Assembly (NCBI GenBank): GCA_963668175.1
Contig: OY764159.1
Span: 2,208,001 to 2,272,000, forward strand
From: Syntrophales bacterium
GTDB taxonomy: Bacteria; Desulfobacterota; Syntrophia; Syntrophales; PHBD01
Reading direction: 5' to 3'
DNA: 64,000 nucleotides
This document shows, one piece after another, positions 28,783 through 39,398 of the stretch. The translations under genes were made by a program, and so were the position numbers. Position 1 is the stretch's first letter. The number at the start of each line of letters is the position of its first letter. The notes below the pieces were generated by a model that saw only the letters and a list, made by a program, of their open reading frames with translations, was not told where the DNA came from and did not search any database.

Positions 28783-29460
28783 TTATATGTTTTTCACGGC
28801 GACATAATATCTTTCGCCGAAACGCAAGATGAAAAAAATGAACTTATCCTGCTGCTTATCGGATAACATCCTTTCAAATTCCTCCACGGTTCGTACTTCC
28901 CTCCTGTTTATTTCGATGATGATGTCGCCTCTTCGCAGGCCTGCGCGGTCGGCGGGGCTTTCGGGCTGAACGCGGCCGATAACCAGTCCCGACGCCGTAT
29001 CGGCGCTCACGGTCAAGCCGAGATATTTTGTTTTATCTGCATCCCGGCGAGGCGGTTGAAACGAGTCTTTCTTCAATCGCACATGTTCCTCGCATCGATC
29101 ATCCACATAATCGTAGACGATTTTATTGTTCAGGATGAAAGCACAACCGCTTTTTCGACCGGCGCGCCCGCCGATATTATCTTCGGCCTGGAATGAATAA
29201 GTCGCCCAATATCCGTATAAAACATCCATCCCGCGATCTATGGAAATCCAACCCTCCTGCGGCATGTCGACGCGAAGATTCTTCATGCTGCCGGGATCTT
29301 TCAATGTCTCTTTGAGTAAACTTCCCACAAGCTGCTCGACGTTCGCCGGCTTTGCGCCATAATCGGCAATCTGGATTTGCTCCGGCGCGGGTCTTAAAGG
29401 ACAGCCCATGAGCAGGACGACGGCGAAGAACAGGATGGATATAGAAAATATAATTCTCAT
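28783..29460 (-). CDS. lipoprotein with C-terminal PDZ domain
   Basis: Lipobox LMGC; YLGL...VQPESPADRAGLRRGDIIIEIN. Confidence 0.85.
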   Translation of the reverse strand: MRIIFSISILFFAVVLLMGCPLRPAPEQIQIADYGAKPANVEQLVGSLLKETLKDPGSMKNLRVDMPQEGWISIDRGMDVLYGYWATYSFQAEDNIGGRAGRKSGCAFILNNKIVYDYVDDRCEEHVRLKKDSFQPPRRDADKTKYLGLTVSADTASGLVIGRVQPESPADRAGLRRGDIIIEINRREVRTVEEFERMLSDKQQDKFIFFILRFGERYYVAVKNI

Positions 29461-29618
29461 ATTTATCCCCCCCAATCGATGCGTTGCATTGCGTATGGCG
29501 CGCGATATCCGGAGCACCGGGCCTATCGAGACGGGCCGTCGGGCCGGACTAATGAAGTGCCGCGTCCCCCGGACCGAGAGGCGCGCCCTGACTAGGGCTG
29601 ATGGCATTTCCGGAATGG

Positions 29619-29867
29619 TCAGATTACATTTTTCAGATAACGAAATATTTTTTTGAAAGTTAAATAACCGACATAAATTGTTGCGATGATTCCTATAGCA
29701 ACAATCAAAGCAACTGTTGTTTCAGGTAAATGTGAAATAAAAGGCCAAAATGCGAAGGTTGTAAAAAACATTACCATTTGGGCTGCAGTTGCTGCGATGC
29801 AAATTGAAAGACCTATTATCCCCAACTTTCTCATTAATGAGTCTTTCCTGTCCCGGTTGTTTTCCAT
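29619..29867 (-). CDS. small 2-TM hypothetical protein
   Basis: 82 aa, two hydrophobic helices, very low GC. Confidence 0.55.
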   Translation of the reverse strand: MENNRDRKDSLMRKLGIIGLSICIAATAAQMVMFFTTFAFWPFISHLPETTVALIVAIGIIATIYVGYLTFKKIFRYLKNVI

Positions 29868-29934
29868 AGGCTTTGTTATATCCGCATCGGGATCGAATCA
29901 ATGAAGGATGCTAGATCCGGAATGCGATTCGGCT

Positions 29935-30330
29935 TCAGCTCTCATCGACAATCGACACGATGAGTCCGTCTTTCAGAACGAATTCGGATTTCCCCGGCAT
30001 CGAGATCGTATCGCCGGCTTTGAGGCCGTCGGGCATGTCTTTCGCGAGGACTGCGGTAAAATCGATTTCCGCGATAACCTTCTCCCCGGCCGCTTCGATG
30101 GATTTAAGAGATTGCGTCCTCGTCCGGAAGAATTCCGCGGATTGCCGGGCGAGTCGTTCAAGCTCCCGCTTGCCGGCGGTCCGGACGTTCGCCTCCCCGC
30201 CCGCGATATTGGCGAACCGGACATCTTCGGACATCAGCGCCAGCATGGCATCGATGTCGAACCTGTTGTAGGCGTCGATATACTTTCTGACGATTCGTTC
30301 CCGATCGGTTTGCATGGCCATCTCCTTCAA
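29935..30330 (-). CDS. SnoaL/NTF2-like family protein
   Basis: YIDAYNRFDIDAMLALMSEDVRF...G.SEF...DGLI. Confidence 0.85.
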   Translation of the reverse strand: MKEMAMQTDRERIVRKYIDAYNRFDIDAMLALMSEDVRFANIAGGEANVRTAGKRELERLARQSAEFFRTRTQSLKSIEAAGEKVIAEIDFTAVLAKDMPDGLKAGDTISMPGKSEFVLKDGLIVSIVDES

Positions 30331-30437
30331 ACTCCTCTAAAGCGCAACTTTCATCGTCGCATTCCGGATTACCAGGCGGAGCGGCAATCGATAAGCACGA
30401 CGGCCCCGGAACGGTCCCGGCACGACATAAAGGCAGG

Positions 30438-30821
30438 TCATTTGACGCATACGATTTTGCGCAATACGTCGACGGGCATCTCTTCCGTGATGTCGTGCCA
30501 TTGCGCATTGGTGCGGCCGGAATCGGTCGATCCGTCTTCAAGAAACAGCGTGAGTTCCAACGGCCTGTATCGCTTCTTTGCGCAGTCGATTTCGCAAATC
30601 GAAATCGACGATTTCACGTAAGCGGGTTTATTCGGGTGCTTTTTGGGCGTCCGGTATATCGCTTTAACGGGCATCAGCTTATTGTTTTCGTCCGTTGTCT
30701 CCACGCTGCTTCTATCGTAATAGAGCGCAAACTCTTCCTTCCCGGCGTACTGGACCCATTCGGCGGCGTGGGCCATGCCGCCCGCGAGCATGAAGCATAA
30801 AACCAACAGAACCTTTTTCAT
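30438..30821 (-). CDS. secreted protein, surface-adhesin E-like family
   Basis: Signal peptide; EWV...YYDRSSV...EIDC...W..I.......L...VC pattern. Confidence 0.75.
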   Translation of the reverse strand: MKKVLLVLCFMLAGGMAHAAEWVQYAGKEEFALYYDRSSVETTDENNKLMPVKAIYRTPKKHPNKPAYVKSSISICEIDCAKKRYRPLELTLFLEDGSTDSGRTNAQWHDITEEMPVDVLRKIVCVK

Positions 30822-31009
30822 TTCTTCGCCTTCTTTTGGTGCGCCGTAACGGCTTGTCGAAAAACCCGGGATATTCTCCTGGAGACCGCCAACTCAGATT
30901 ACCCCGCCATCAGCCCCAGGACGGAGCTGAAGTTTGCCGGTGTCGTCACGGGCGTCATCCGAAAGTATCACCAATGATGAAAACCCTGCAAACAGGGATC
31001 TCCTCTAGG

Positions 31010-31981
31010 TCAACAGTTACCATAATGGTATATAAAGGCCGCCACAGAATCTGCATTATATGTGTAAGCTAAATCGCTGTTCTTTTTGCATCCTTTTTCA
31101 ACACACTCTTCCATTACCAGGGTCTTGTTATCGCCCCATGCAAAACTAATTTTATATTTGTTGTCGTCGCCGCCGCAATAATCATGGTCCGATTTATTTT
31201 CTGCATCCTTGCCGTGGTAAAAGTATGATACATCTTTTGTAGCCGAATACTTATGGCTTGCCTCGTGTATCAGAGCGAAAACCGCGAATTTATTGGGATC
31301 CTCTAAAACTGTTTTACTTCTTATATGAATTACATTCTTTTTCTTATACTCCTTTTTTTCCTCCTCGGTCATCTTATCCGTTTTTTTATACTGAAAATTC
31401 TTAACTGTTAAATTGTGGATCTCCGAAAAATATTCAAAGTAATCAACATTTTTGACGTTTGATGAATATGGATGTAATTTTAAAAATCCCTTCTCGTTTC
31501 CCACAAAACCCTCACGATCATCACCCGTGTATGGCTTCACCGCAATCTCTTTTTGCAGCAGTCCTGCGAGGGTCAGATATAGTATAAGCGAAAGGGGTTC
31601 TTTTACTTGAATTTTAGATTCTTTGTCCTTTAATCTCATAAATGCCTTCAATCCCCAGTCGAATCTTTGCCATTGAAGCGATTGCTTAAATTTAAGGAAC
31701 CCAAAATTCAAATCTGATTGTTTTGGTTTTGGCGGAGTTTCCCATAGGTCTGATTTCGGCGCAGCGAGCTCTAAAAAAGAGTGAATTGTCTGATAAGTTC
31801 TCGCAACCATCGTTTTTGTGCATTCTAATATGATATTCTTTTTTATTTCCTGGTCAATTTTGCGGATTCCTATAGATAGGTTTGTGTCATATGCCGGATC
31901 GCTTTTCCCCGCCCTATTTATTTTTACTTTGATTATATCATCCGGTCCCATTTTAAAGGCGATTTTGTTCCCATTGCACAT
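31010..31981 (-). CDS. M35 (aspzincin / lysine-specific metalloendopeptidase-like) domain protein
   Basis: LIHEASHKYSATKDVSY (HExxH plus TxD) and NADS motif; low GC; no signal peptide; start uncertain. Confidence 0.75.
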   Translation of the reverse strand: MCNGNKIAFKMGPDDIIKVKINRAGKSDPAYDTNLSIGIRKIDQEIKKNIILECTKTMVARTYQTIHSFLELAAPKSDLWETPPKPKQSDLNFGFLKFKQSLQWQRFDWGLKAFMRLKDKESKIQVKEPLSLILYLTLAGLLQKEIAVKPYTGDDREGFVGNEKGFLKLHPYSSNVKNVDYFEYFSEIHNLTVKNFQYKKTDKMTEEEKKEYKKKNVIHIRSKTVLEDPNKFAVFALIHEASHKYSATKDVSYFYHGKDAENKSDHDYCGGDDNKYKISFAWGDNKTLVMEECVEKGCKKNSDLAYTYNADSVAAFIYHYGNC

Positions 31982-32102
31982 TCTTCCGCTCCTTTTCGTT
32001 ATGTCGAATAATTATCCGGAAATATTCATCCATGACCGCAAGAAAACCCTTCCCTCTCTTATATAATATGATCATGTAAGTCTAATCTGCCAAAGCAGAG
32101 CA

Positions 32103-32136
32103 GCCAAGAAGAGATCCATCTGGATCTCTTCTTGGC
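32103..32136. terminator. perfect 15-16 bp stem hairpin (terminator or operator)
   Basis: GCCAAGAAGAGATCC-ATCT-GGATCTCTTCTTGGC. Confidence 0.55.
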
Positions 32137-32462
32137 AAATCGGAAATCTTTGCCCTATTGAAACATTGTTGAAAATACCTTTCTATTGACCATCATGTCA
32201 ATCTTAATATTGGCCTATATCAGGAGGATTGTTTGGAAGGAATAAGGAAGGAAGAAATAAGGGGACGGTTCTATTTTATCCAGCACGATCGTGTCAAATG
32301 TTTCTCGATTAATGGAGCCGTCTTTGATTATTTCTGAACGGAATGAATGAAGTACCGCGGCCCCCGACCAGGGGGGATGGCAGCCCCTGAATTGGTTCGG
32401 TATATAAAACTCACATGGCTGTCAGTAGAATTGTGTCGATAGTTTTGTGTAGAATATTACTA

Positions 32463-35400
32463 CTAACTTTTTAATTGGCGATAATCAGGTTCTTTTTTTG
32501 GAGCAGTGATAAGAGGTGTTTGGCTCGCTTCTATGTCGAGGTGGCTGCAAACGCGTTGTCTCAATTGGATATCCCTTCGAAATAGCTTGAAGTGTTCCCA
32601 AACAATAACCCGCAATACTTCCCGCCCGATAAATTTCCCTTCAAGTTCCTTGGCAATTGTCTTGACATCACCTTCGGGAAAGTCATTAAAATAGCATTCC
32701 AATCGGGTAGAAAGATCAAGTATGCGATGCGATACTGTTATTGAATCTGTCAAAAGATACTTGTCATAACTCGGTTTAAGTACTGCTAGTCCGAGAGCTT
32801 TTGATGTGTGTTTTATTAGGCCATATGCTATCCTAAGAGCAATGGCGTTCAAGGATTGTCTCACATTCTTATCTAACTCCTCATACTCTTTTTTCGGATA
32901 TCGATGCTGTATGATTTCAGCAAGAGATTGGGCAATCATGTCTTTATCCTTCTCCAGATGCTCATATAGCTCACACATCAGTCGTAAACACAGGCCGTAA
33001 CATTCACGAATGACTTCGATTTGTTTTATGCCTTTCATATTGCCATAAAAGTTACGAAGTAATTGACCGCAGATCCTAATCGCATGATGAGCAGAATTCG
33101 CAGCATTGATTAAGGAAATTGCTTCATCATCCTCTTCCTTCAAGTCACGCTCTGCACTCGTAATTTCAGATAGGCTATGCGGTCTCTCCGATTCATCTCT
33201 TAGTCTCATTTCATTAATCAGTTCATTTTCTGGCGTCTCAGAGGGCAAGATAAGTCTTGCTGGCTTTATTGTTTCTTTGGGTAGGATTGCTGGTGAGTCA
33301 ATTAAATTGTATTCCTTGGCATTAGAGAAATGCCCCCTTATAGTCGACATTATAAGATTAAAAATACGAGGGTCCTTTGATTGATGACACAAAAACAATA
33401 TAGTGTTAGCGACGTCAATATTGTGTAATGAAGAACATAAATATTCGATAATTCGCATGATTTCCTGATCATGAATATTATTGGACAAGTAGCGAGCAAG
33501 AAAAAAACAATAGTAATATCGGTACTTGAATCCAATATCAGTTCCACATCTATTAAAGACGCCAATATTAATGAAGTCCTTGACTACTTTTTCAAAGTGA
33601 AGCTTACAATTATAATTATCACAATAATCTTCATGCCATCTTTCGCATTTGATGTCATTAATGGCGCGCTTTCCCGATGAATGAATTGCAAATGCAAATT
33701 CAGACAGGTAATTTAACATAACTTCCAGCTCTGCCGGTGTCCTGGCGACACCATAAATCACGTCCCTGATTATAAGTTCGTATAGTGTGCCATACACACC
33801 TGTTGAACCTTCTACCGGTGTGCCCGCTTCTAGTTGCTGCATCATCATGAGAATAAAAATAGGCAATGAAGGAATTGCACCTTTATCAATGATATTATCG
33901 ATAATGGCTCCATAGCGAAGTTTCTCCTGATATAGCTGAGCCGTATCAATTTGATAAGCGTCCGTTCCCGTAAGCAACCACTTGCCAATAAGCGCGAAAC
34001 GAGATTCTGCATCACATTCAGTTATGTCTGCATGATCGAATGTCCATAGGATCGTCTCTACTTCAGTTTTATGAAGAATCTCTGTCATCCTAATGCCCGG
34101 TGAAGATATGACTATCACCAAACCAAAGTTATTATCGAACCAACGGATTAATTTATCACGTCCCCCGTCACCGAGGGTTAACCTGTCATAATCGTCTATG
34201 ATGATGGCCCTATCTTTGATCGCTGATTGCCAGAAGGCAACAGCGCTATTGCCCGAATATATTTTTTTCACGACATGGTCGATTGCGTTGTGAATCCTAT
34301 CAAAATCGAAAGTTTTCTTGTCTTGTCTAGGGACCGAAAAGTCAGATCTGATCAAGAGAGTTGCAAACCCCGCTTCTCTAAGATCTTTGAATAATTGCTT
34401 AGACAAAGATGTCTTCCCTATCTTTTCAGAACCAGATATGAATATTCTCTTTTTTTCTTGAATATATCCCACTAAATCCCTGTCACGAACTATACCCATT
34501 GGGCTGCAAGCTTTTCGTATATCCAACTTTTGGAGGTCTGGATAAATAAAAACGTCGCTCATTTTAAGATTCTGTTCTCGGGGATGCCTGAAATCTGTGC
34601 CTATCTCTTCCAGCCACGAGTTCCACTCATTACGAATTTCGAGTTCATTCATGAGCGGTTGGCGTAAGCGAAGATATCTGTGCTCATAAAATTCGGTTAT
34701 TTGCTCATATGACTTACCATTCCATTTAAATGTCGTGCACAAAAATGTCTGATTTTCAGGCCTCAATTTGATCATATTGAAAGAACTGTTTTCCGAATCA
34801 TCAGGATCTTGGAGAATACCACCCTCGACATAAAGGTTCTGCTCTATTGTCCGTCTTGTCTGTTTTATAATGTCTGGATTGTGTTCATGCCCTGTAAAGA
34901 CAATATCACATCTTGATTCAAGCAATCTTTTGAAATCCTTTGCGTTATCTCGACGATACCAATCATACGGATGATGGAGGACTGCGATATTTAGGTTGCC
35001 ATTATTCGCATCACGTTTGAATTCTTCAGAAAGGTGTTCGATTGGAAACCACGAAATCCCAGGTGAATCATGTTTTTTCGTGAATCTAGTTGTATTCAAG
35101 AGATAAAATTTTATACTGATTAAATCAAACTTAACCGTCATGGATTCAAGAAGATTTGAAGGTGCGTATACTTCTGTTGAAGAGGAGAGGTTATCAATAA
35201 AATCTCCAAAACATTTCAGAGTGGCCATCAACTTTTCATTCATTCCTGGACTTGGTGGCTTGCTCGGACTTGTATTGTCAATGATCATATCCCTTATACT
35301 CTCATCATAATTTGGCGAAGTGAAGTTGTGATCATGGTTGCCCGGGACTAGCAATAAACAAGGCTTCTTTCCGGTATGCGTATGGATCACTTTCTCAAGA

Positions 35401-35603
35401 TCAACTAAATAATTAGCGGCTATCCCATAATCCTCGGGTCTGCCAGAATAGGCGACATCACCAGAAAAGATGATTGCACAATAGTCGCCCCAATCCATTA
35501 CTGAACGGATAGCGCATTGAATTGATTGAGATCGCGTTGACGCTAAGTTTTCACCTTCCATACTAAAGTGGCTGTCACTTAAGTGAACTATAATTATACT
35601 CAT
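32463..35603 (-). CDS. calcineurin-like metallophosphoesterase fused to STAND/NACHT-like P-loop NTPase (1046 aa); candidate anti-phage protein
   Basis: HLSDSH, FSGDVA, VPGNHD, LHHP, FTGHEH; Walker A GSEKIGKTS; Walker B IIIDDYD; FKYRYYYCFFLA winged-helix-type motif; low GC. Confidence 0.85.
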   Translation of the reverse strand: MSIIIVHLSDSHFSMEGENLASTRSQSIQCAIRSVMDWGDYCAIIFSGDVAYSGRPEDYGIAANYLVDLEKVIHTHTGKKPCLLLVPGNHDHNFTSPNYDESIRDMIIDNTSPSKPPSPGMNEKLMATLKCFGDFIDNLSSSTEVYAPSNLLESMTVKFDLISIKFYLLNTTRFTKKHDSPGISWFPIEHLSEEFKRDANNGNLNIAVLHHPYDWYRRDNAKDFKRLLESRCDIVFTGHEHNPDIIKQTRRTIEQNLYVEGGILQDPDDSENSSFNMIKLRPENQTFLCTTFKWNGKSYEQITEFYEHRYLRLRQPLMNELEIRNEWNSWLEEIGTDFRHPREQNLKMSDVFIYPDLQKLDIRKACSPMGIVRDRDLVGYIQEKKRIFISGSEKIGKTSLSKQLFKDLREAGFATLLIRSDFSVPRQDKKTFDFDRIHNAIDHVVKKIYSGNSAVAFWQSAIKDRAIIIDDYDRLTLGDGGRDKLIRWFDNNFGLVIVISSPGIRMTEILHKTEVETILWTFDHADITECDAESRFALIGKWLLTGTDAYQIDTAQLYQEKLRYGAIIDNIIDKGAIPSLPIFILMMMQQLEAGTPVEGSTGVYGTLYELIIRDVIYGVARTPAELEVMLNYLSEFAFAIHSSGKRAINDIKCERWHEDYCDNYNCKLHFEKVVKDFINIGVFNRCGTDIGFKYRYYYCFFLARYLSNNIHDQEIMRIIEYLCSSLHNIDVANTILFLCHQSKDPRIFNLIMSTIRGHFSNAKEYNLIDSPAILPKETIKPARLILPSETPENELINEMRLRDESERPHSLSEITSAERDLKEEDDEAISLINAANSAHHAIRICGQLLRNFYGNMKGIKQIEVIRECYGLCLRLMCELYEHLEKDKDMIAQSLAEIIQHRYPKKEYEELDKNVRQSLNAIALRIAYGLIKHTSKALGLAVLKPSYDKYLLTDSITVSHRILDLSTRLECYFNDFPEGDVKTIAKELEGKFIGREVLRVIVWEHFKLFRRDIQLRQRVCSHLDIEASQTPLITAPKKEPDYRQLKS

Positions 35604-36217
35604 GACTTTCCCTCGGATAAGGATATTGTTAGAATATTTATTAGTACGATCAGTTTTATTTATCTCGTCACAGTCAAGTGCCGCAAGATATATTCATATC
35701 TTCTCGCGGTCTTATAGGTATAGAAACCCCGCCAACTTCTTTTCAAGCTGCGGGGTCTTTATCCGTCCACTTGTCCCTCCATAAGCTGTTCACGGTTATG
35801 CGGGATGGATCTCATGCTGTTTCTGTGTAGCGATTCATTACCACTGTTTTAATGGAAAATCCAGAATAAATACTAGTAGTATGTTATGATATTCTACAAA
35901 ATTGTGCCTGTCGGCGGTGCGGCCGGGCGTGCGGCATTCGGCCCGCGCACGCTGGCGGCATCGGCCCCGCCGACGGCTGCGCCATCCGCAGCGGCGGCGC
36001 GCTATTCAAGGCCCGGCGGCCTTTCCCTGTCGCGCTTCTCCGCGATCCGGACGCAGCAGGCCGTCGCGTCCCGTTTCCCCGTAAGCCCAACGAATCATTA
36101 TCCGATTGACGGACGGCGGTCGTCGTGTCATAAGATATGCGTCGGTTCAAGCCGGGCAGGCATAACGTCCTTGTGCGGAGGAAACCTGTCTCTTGGAGCG
36201 CGATAGGGGGAAAGAGA

Positions 36218-37210
36218 ATGAAAACCGCAAGAACTCGGTTGTTTGCAGTCTGCCTGATTCTTACGGTCCTGGCGGTCCCGGCCGCGTACGGGCAGGATGT
36301 GGAAAAGAGCAAAGAGGGAAAGGCGTCGTGGATCGGCGGCAGGATTTCCGTCGAGGTCTACGGCGGCTATCTCAAGGGAGAGGCGCGCGAACTCGTCTAC
36401 AATGCGGCGACGGGGCATAAGGACAGCGAGCTTTTCTGGAGCATCGACGAGGCTTACGTCGTCGGCGGCACGCTGGCCGTGCGGCCGCTGGATTGGCTGA
36501 CCTTCAGGGTCGGCGGCTGGATGCCCTTCAAGTCGAACAACACGATGGACGATTACGACTGGCTTACCGCAGGCGAGACGGATTGGACCCACCACTCCAA
36601 CCATTCGGATACCACACTGAACAGCGCCCACCAGATCGACGCGGCCGTCGTTGCCAGGCTCGTCAAGTTCAGGAAAACCTCGTGGTTCGACAGCGCCCAG
36701 ATAGACCTGCTGGCGGGGTACCGCTGGCTTTACACGAAATGGATGGCGCGGGGCGGGAGTTTTATTTATTCCGACGGAGGACGCTTCCGCAACGAAACCA
36801 TGACGTTTCAGAACGGCATGGCGGTCATCGGCTACGAGCAGTGGATCGAAACCCCGTATGTCGGCCTGGGCGGCAGCATCGCCTTCGGCCGGTGGTCGTT
36901 CGCCGGCGAGTTGACGGGCAGCCTCTGGGGGCGGGCGGAAGATCGCGACAACCACTACCTCCGCACGCTGCTCTTCGAAGGCAGCTTTACCGACGTGCCC
37001 ATGATCGCGGGGTCGTTCAGGGCCGACTACGCCTTGACGGCGCACCTCTCCCTTTTCGGGAATATCATGTATCAGAGGTATTTCGAGACGAGGGGGCCGA
37101 ACAGCATGGCGAACTACACAACCGGAGAGACGGACTATTTCGCCGGCGATTCGGCCGGGATAGCCCACTACTCGACGATTGCGAGCCTGGGGATCAGGTG
37201 GACGTTCTGA
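36218..37210 (+). CDS. omptin family outer-membrane protease
   Basis: Signal peptide; ARELVY, SELFW, MDDYDW, HHSNHSDT, DRDNHYLR, C-terminal Phe. Confidence 0.9.
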   Translation: MKTARTRLFAVCLILTVLAVPAAYGQDVEKSKEGKASWIGGRISVEVYGGYLKGEARELVYNAATGHKDSELFWSIDEAYVVGGTLAVRPLDWLTFRVGGWMPFKSNNTMDDYDWLTAGETDWTHHSNHSDTTLNSAHQIDAAVVARLVKFRKTSWFDSAQIDLLAGYRWLYTKWMARGGSFIYSDGGRFRNETMTFQNGMAVIGYEQWIETPYVGLGGSIAFGRWSFAGELTGSLWGRAEDRDNHYLRTLLFEGSFTDVPMIAGSFRADYALTAHLSLFGNIMYQRYFETRGPNSMANYTTGETDYFAGDSAGIAHYSTIASLGIRWTF

Positions 37211-37383
37211 CCCCCCCGGCGGCGCTGTGGCATATTGCGGCAACTCCCGCCCGGCGGGCGGCCGCCGGTGCGGATATTGTTCGTTCCCGGCAAAGGCGCG
37301 CCCCGCAAGGGCAGGCGGGGCAAAGACAGGCCGCGGCCCGCTGCGCCGCGATGGCCGGTGCCGTTCCCGCGGTGCCGGTATGT

Positions 37384-38046
37384 TCACCTGAGTTTAATGT
37401 TCGCCGACATTTTCGCATGACTCATGACGTATTTATAGGCGTAGTCCATGATTGGCGCTGACGGCTCATTGGCGGCGCGGTGCATAAGCTCGGCGTCAAG
37501 CTGCTGTGGAGATATGGAATAGTGCACCTGAACGTAATCCTGGGGGTGCGTCTGCCCCTTGAACATATATCTTTCGCACCATGTGAGCCTTACGGTCGGG
37601 TCGAGCGCGGCATATTTGGACAGCGTCATGGATGGGATCGCCGACATCACCAGTTCCAACGCCTTTTCCTGGGCCTCTTTGAGTTCCGCGTCGATCTTCT
37701 CGATCTTGTCCTTCACCCTCACATTGCCGGAGTTCGTGACCAGGACCTTTTCATAATTCCTGATTGCGGCTTCGAGTTTCTTGTTCTTCGCGTCGATGTC
37801 GCCCATGACCTCGTAGGGCACCGTCTGTCCGACGCATTTATCGATAACCTCCCTGCACTCTTTCAGCACCTTGGCCTCGTCGCCGATGGCCTTGGAGCCG
37901 TCGGCGTAGCGGGTCAGCTCCTTTTCGGCGTCGGCGCAGTTCTTCGTGCAGCCGCCGAGGCCCAGGCATAACGTCAGCGCCGCGAGCAGCAGGATGAAGC
38001 GAAGCGGCGTCCTGTCGAACCCAACCGGACTTCTTTTCGATTCCAT
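37384..38046 (-). CDS. TPR-containing hypothetical lipoprotein
   Basis: Lipobox LGGC; YEVMGDI...AAIRNYEKVL TPR; AGGAG RBS before 38046. Confidence 0.7.
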   Translation of the reverse strand: MESKRSPVGFDRTPLRFILLLAALTLCLGLGGCTKNCADAEKELTRYADGSKAIGDEAKVLKECREVIDKCVGQTVPYEVMGDIDAKNKKLEAAIRNYEKVLVTNSGNVRVKDKIEKIDAELKEAQEKALELVMSAIPSMTLSKYAALDPTVRLTWCERYMFKGQTHPQDYVQVHYSISPQQLDAELMHRAANEPSAPIMDYAYKYVMSHAKMSANIKLR

Positions 38047-38402
38047 GATTGCTCCTTTCGCATCGAATCGGGCCGGCCGCCGCGGTACGAAAGCTCCGGG
38101 GGGGCAGCGGCGTTTATCGGGTCTTGCCGCAAAATCGCATAAAGCGAGGGCTGTACGAATGCCGAAACATATCGTTTCGCCGAACGATAACATGCTTATG
38201 CGTTGCGGAACCGGAGCCGTATCGCTTCGGAAACGATTACCATGATCACTCGAAGTAATCCAGAGAAATATTAACAATATATCGTCACATTCCACAACGC
38301 TGCGTGTATTTGCCGCCGGAAATCAAAGACGGCGCTATACATTGCGCGCCCGGCGGCCGTGAACGGCGGGGCGACGGAATGACTGCCAGTCTCTTGCCGC
38401 GC

Positions 38403-38810
38403 TGTAAAAAAATCCGACAAATCGCGCCTGCAAGACGCGCGCAGCCCGGAAAATATTTTTCCTTTTTCATGAAATGCAATAACCGTGCGGGTAAGCGTGG
38501 CAGAGCCGCGTCTTTTATGCCATTGCTTTATGGAAGCAGCTGGATATATGCCAAAGTTTGCATATGAGGATAATAACAGGTCGCCTCCGGCCCTTCTATA
38601 TAACCGTATAACATGAACGGTAAAATGCCCCTTCTCGGACGGCCAGACGGCATCATCGCCAATTGCCCGATATTCCACAAATTATTTCAAAAACTGGAAA
38701 CAGGCGCGGTCCTGCCGTAACATTTCTTTACAATTCCCGCCGCCCCAAACGGCCTCTAAAGCCATAAGTATCGTATATTCGATAGTTTACAATCTGGAAT
38801 AGGTATTGCT
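38403..38810 (+). promoter_or_regulatory. enhancer-like sites (38403-38419, 38716-38732) and sigma54 promoter (38795-38810)
   Basis: TGTAAAAAAATCCGACA (reverse complement TGTCGG...TTTACA), CGTAACATTTCTTTACA, and TGGAATAGGTATTGCT (GG-N10-GC); same layout as 16834-17032. Confidence 0.65.
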
Positions 38811-38916
38811 TACTATGTGCTCATCCCGGAAGGCGCATTTGCTTCGATCGCCGTTCACGTGGGCATCGTCCTGTCTTCGGGCCGCAGTCGTCGATTTCTC
38901 ATGTTCGAGGTGCAAG

Positions 38917-39345
38917 GTGAAGGAAGCGTCATACGCCCGTCCGGCGATTCTGTTGTTTCTTGCGCTGCTTGGCGCACCCATCCTTGTGGGCCTCGCCGGA
39001 TGCAGTTCAGGGACCTCCACCCCTGCGGGCAGCGTGCCCAAAACGTCCACCGAATACCAGGCTGTTTTCCTCGATAACGGCCAGGTCTTTTTCGGCAGGC
39101 TGGAAGGCGGCAGCGCCGACTACCCGCTCCTCAAGGACGTCTACTACATCCAGCGCCAGGAGGACCCGGCCACGAAACAGGCCAAGATCGTCCTCGTGAA
39201 GCGGGGCAACGAACTCCACGGGCCGGACGCCATGGTCGTCAATTCGCGGCATATCGTCGTCGTCGAATCCGTCACGCCCAACTCGAAAGTGGCGCAGCTC
39301 ATCAGGGAAGCCAAGGCGCAGAAACCGGCGGGGACGAACCCTTAA
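38917..39345 (+). CDS. hypothetical lipoprotein (Sm-like beta domain suspected)
   Basis: GTG 38917 after GAGG; lipobox LAGC; YQAVFLDNGQVFFGRL...LKDVYY...LVKRGNELHGP. Confidence 0.75.
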   Translation: MKEASYARPAILLFLALLGAPILVGLAGCSSGTSTPAGSVPKTSTEYQAVFLDNGQVFFGRLEGGSADYPLLKDVYYIQRQEDPATKQAKIVLVKRGNELHGPDAMVVNSRHIVVVESVTPNSKVAQLIREAKAQKPAGTNP

Positions 39346-39398
39346 GCCGGCAGCGATAAAACGCAAGTCAACACGATCTTAACATACGGAGGTTCAAG

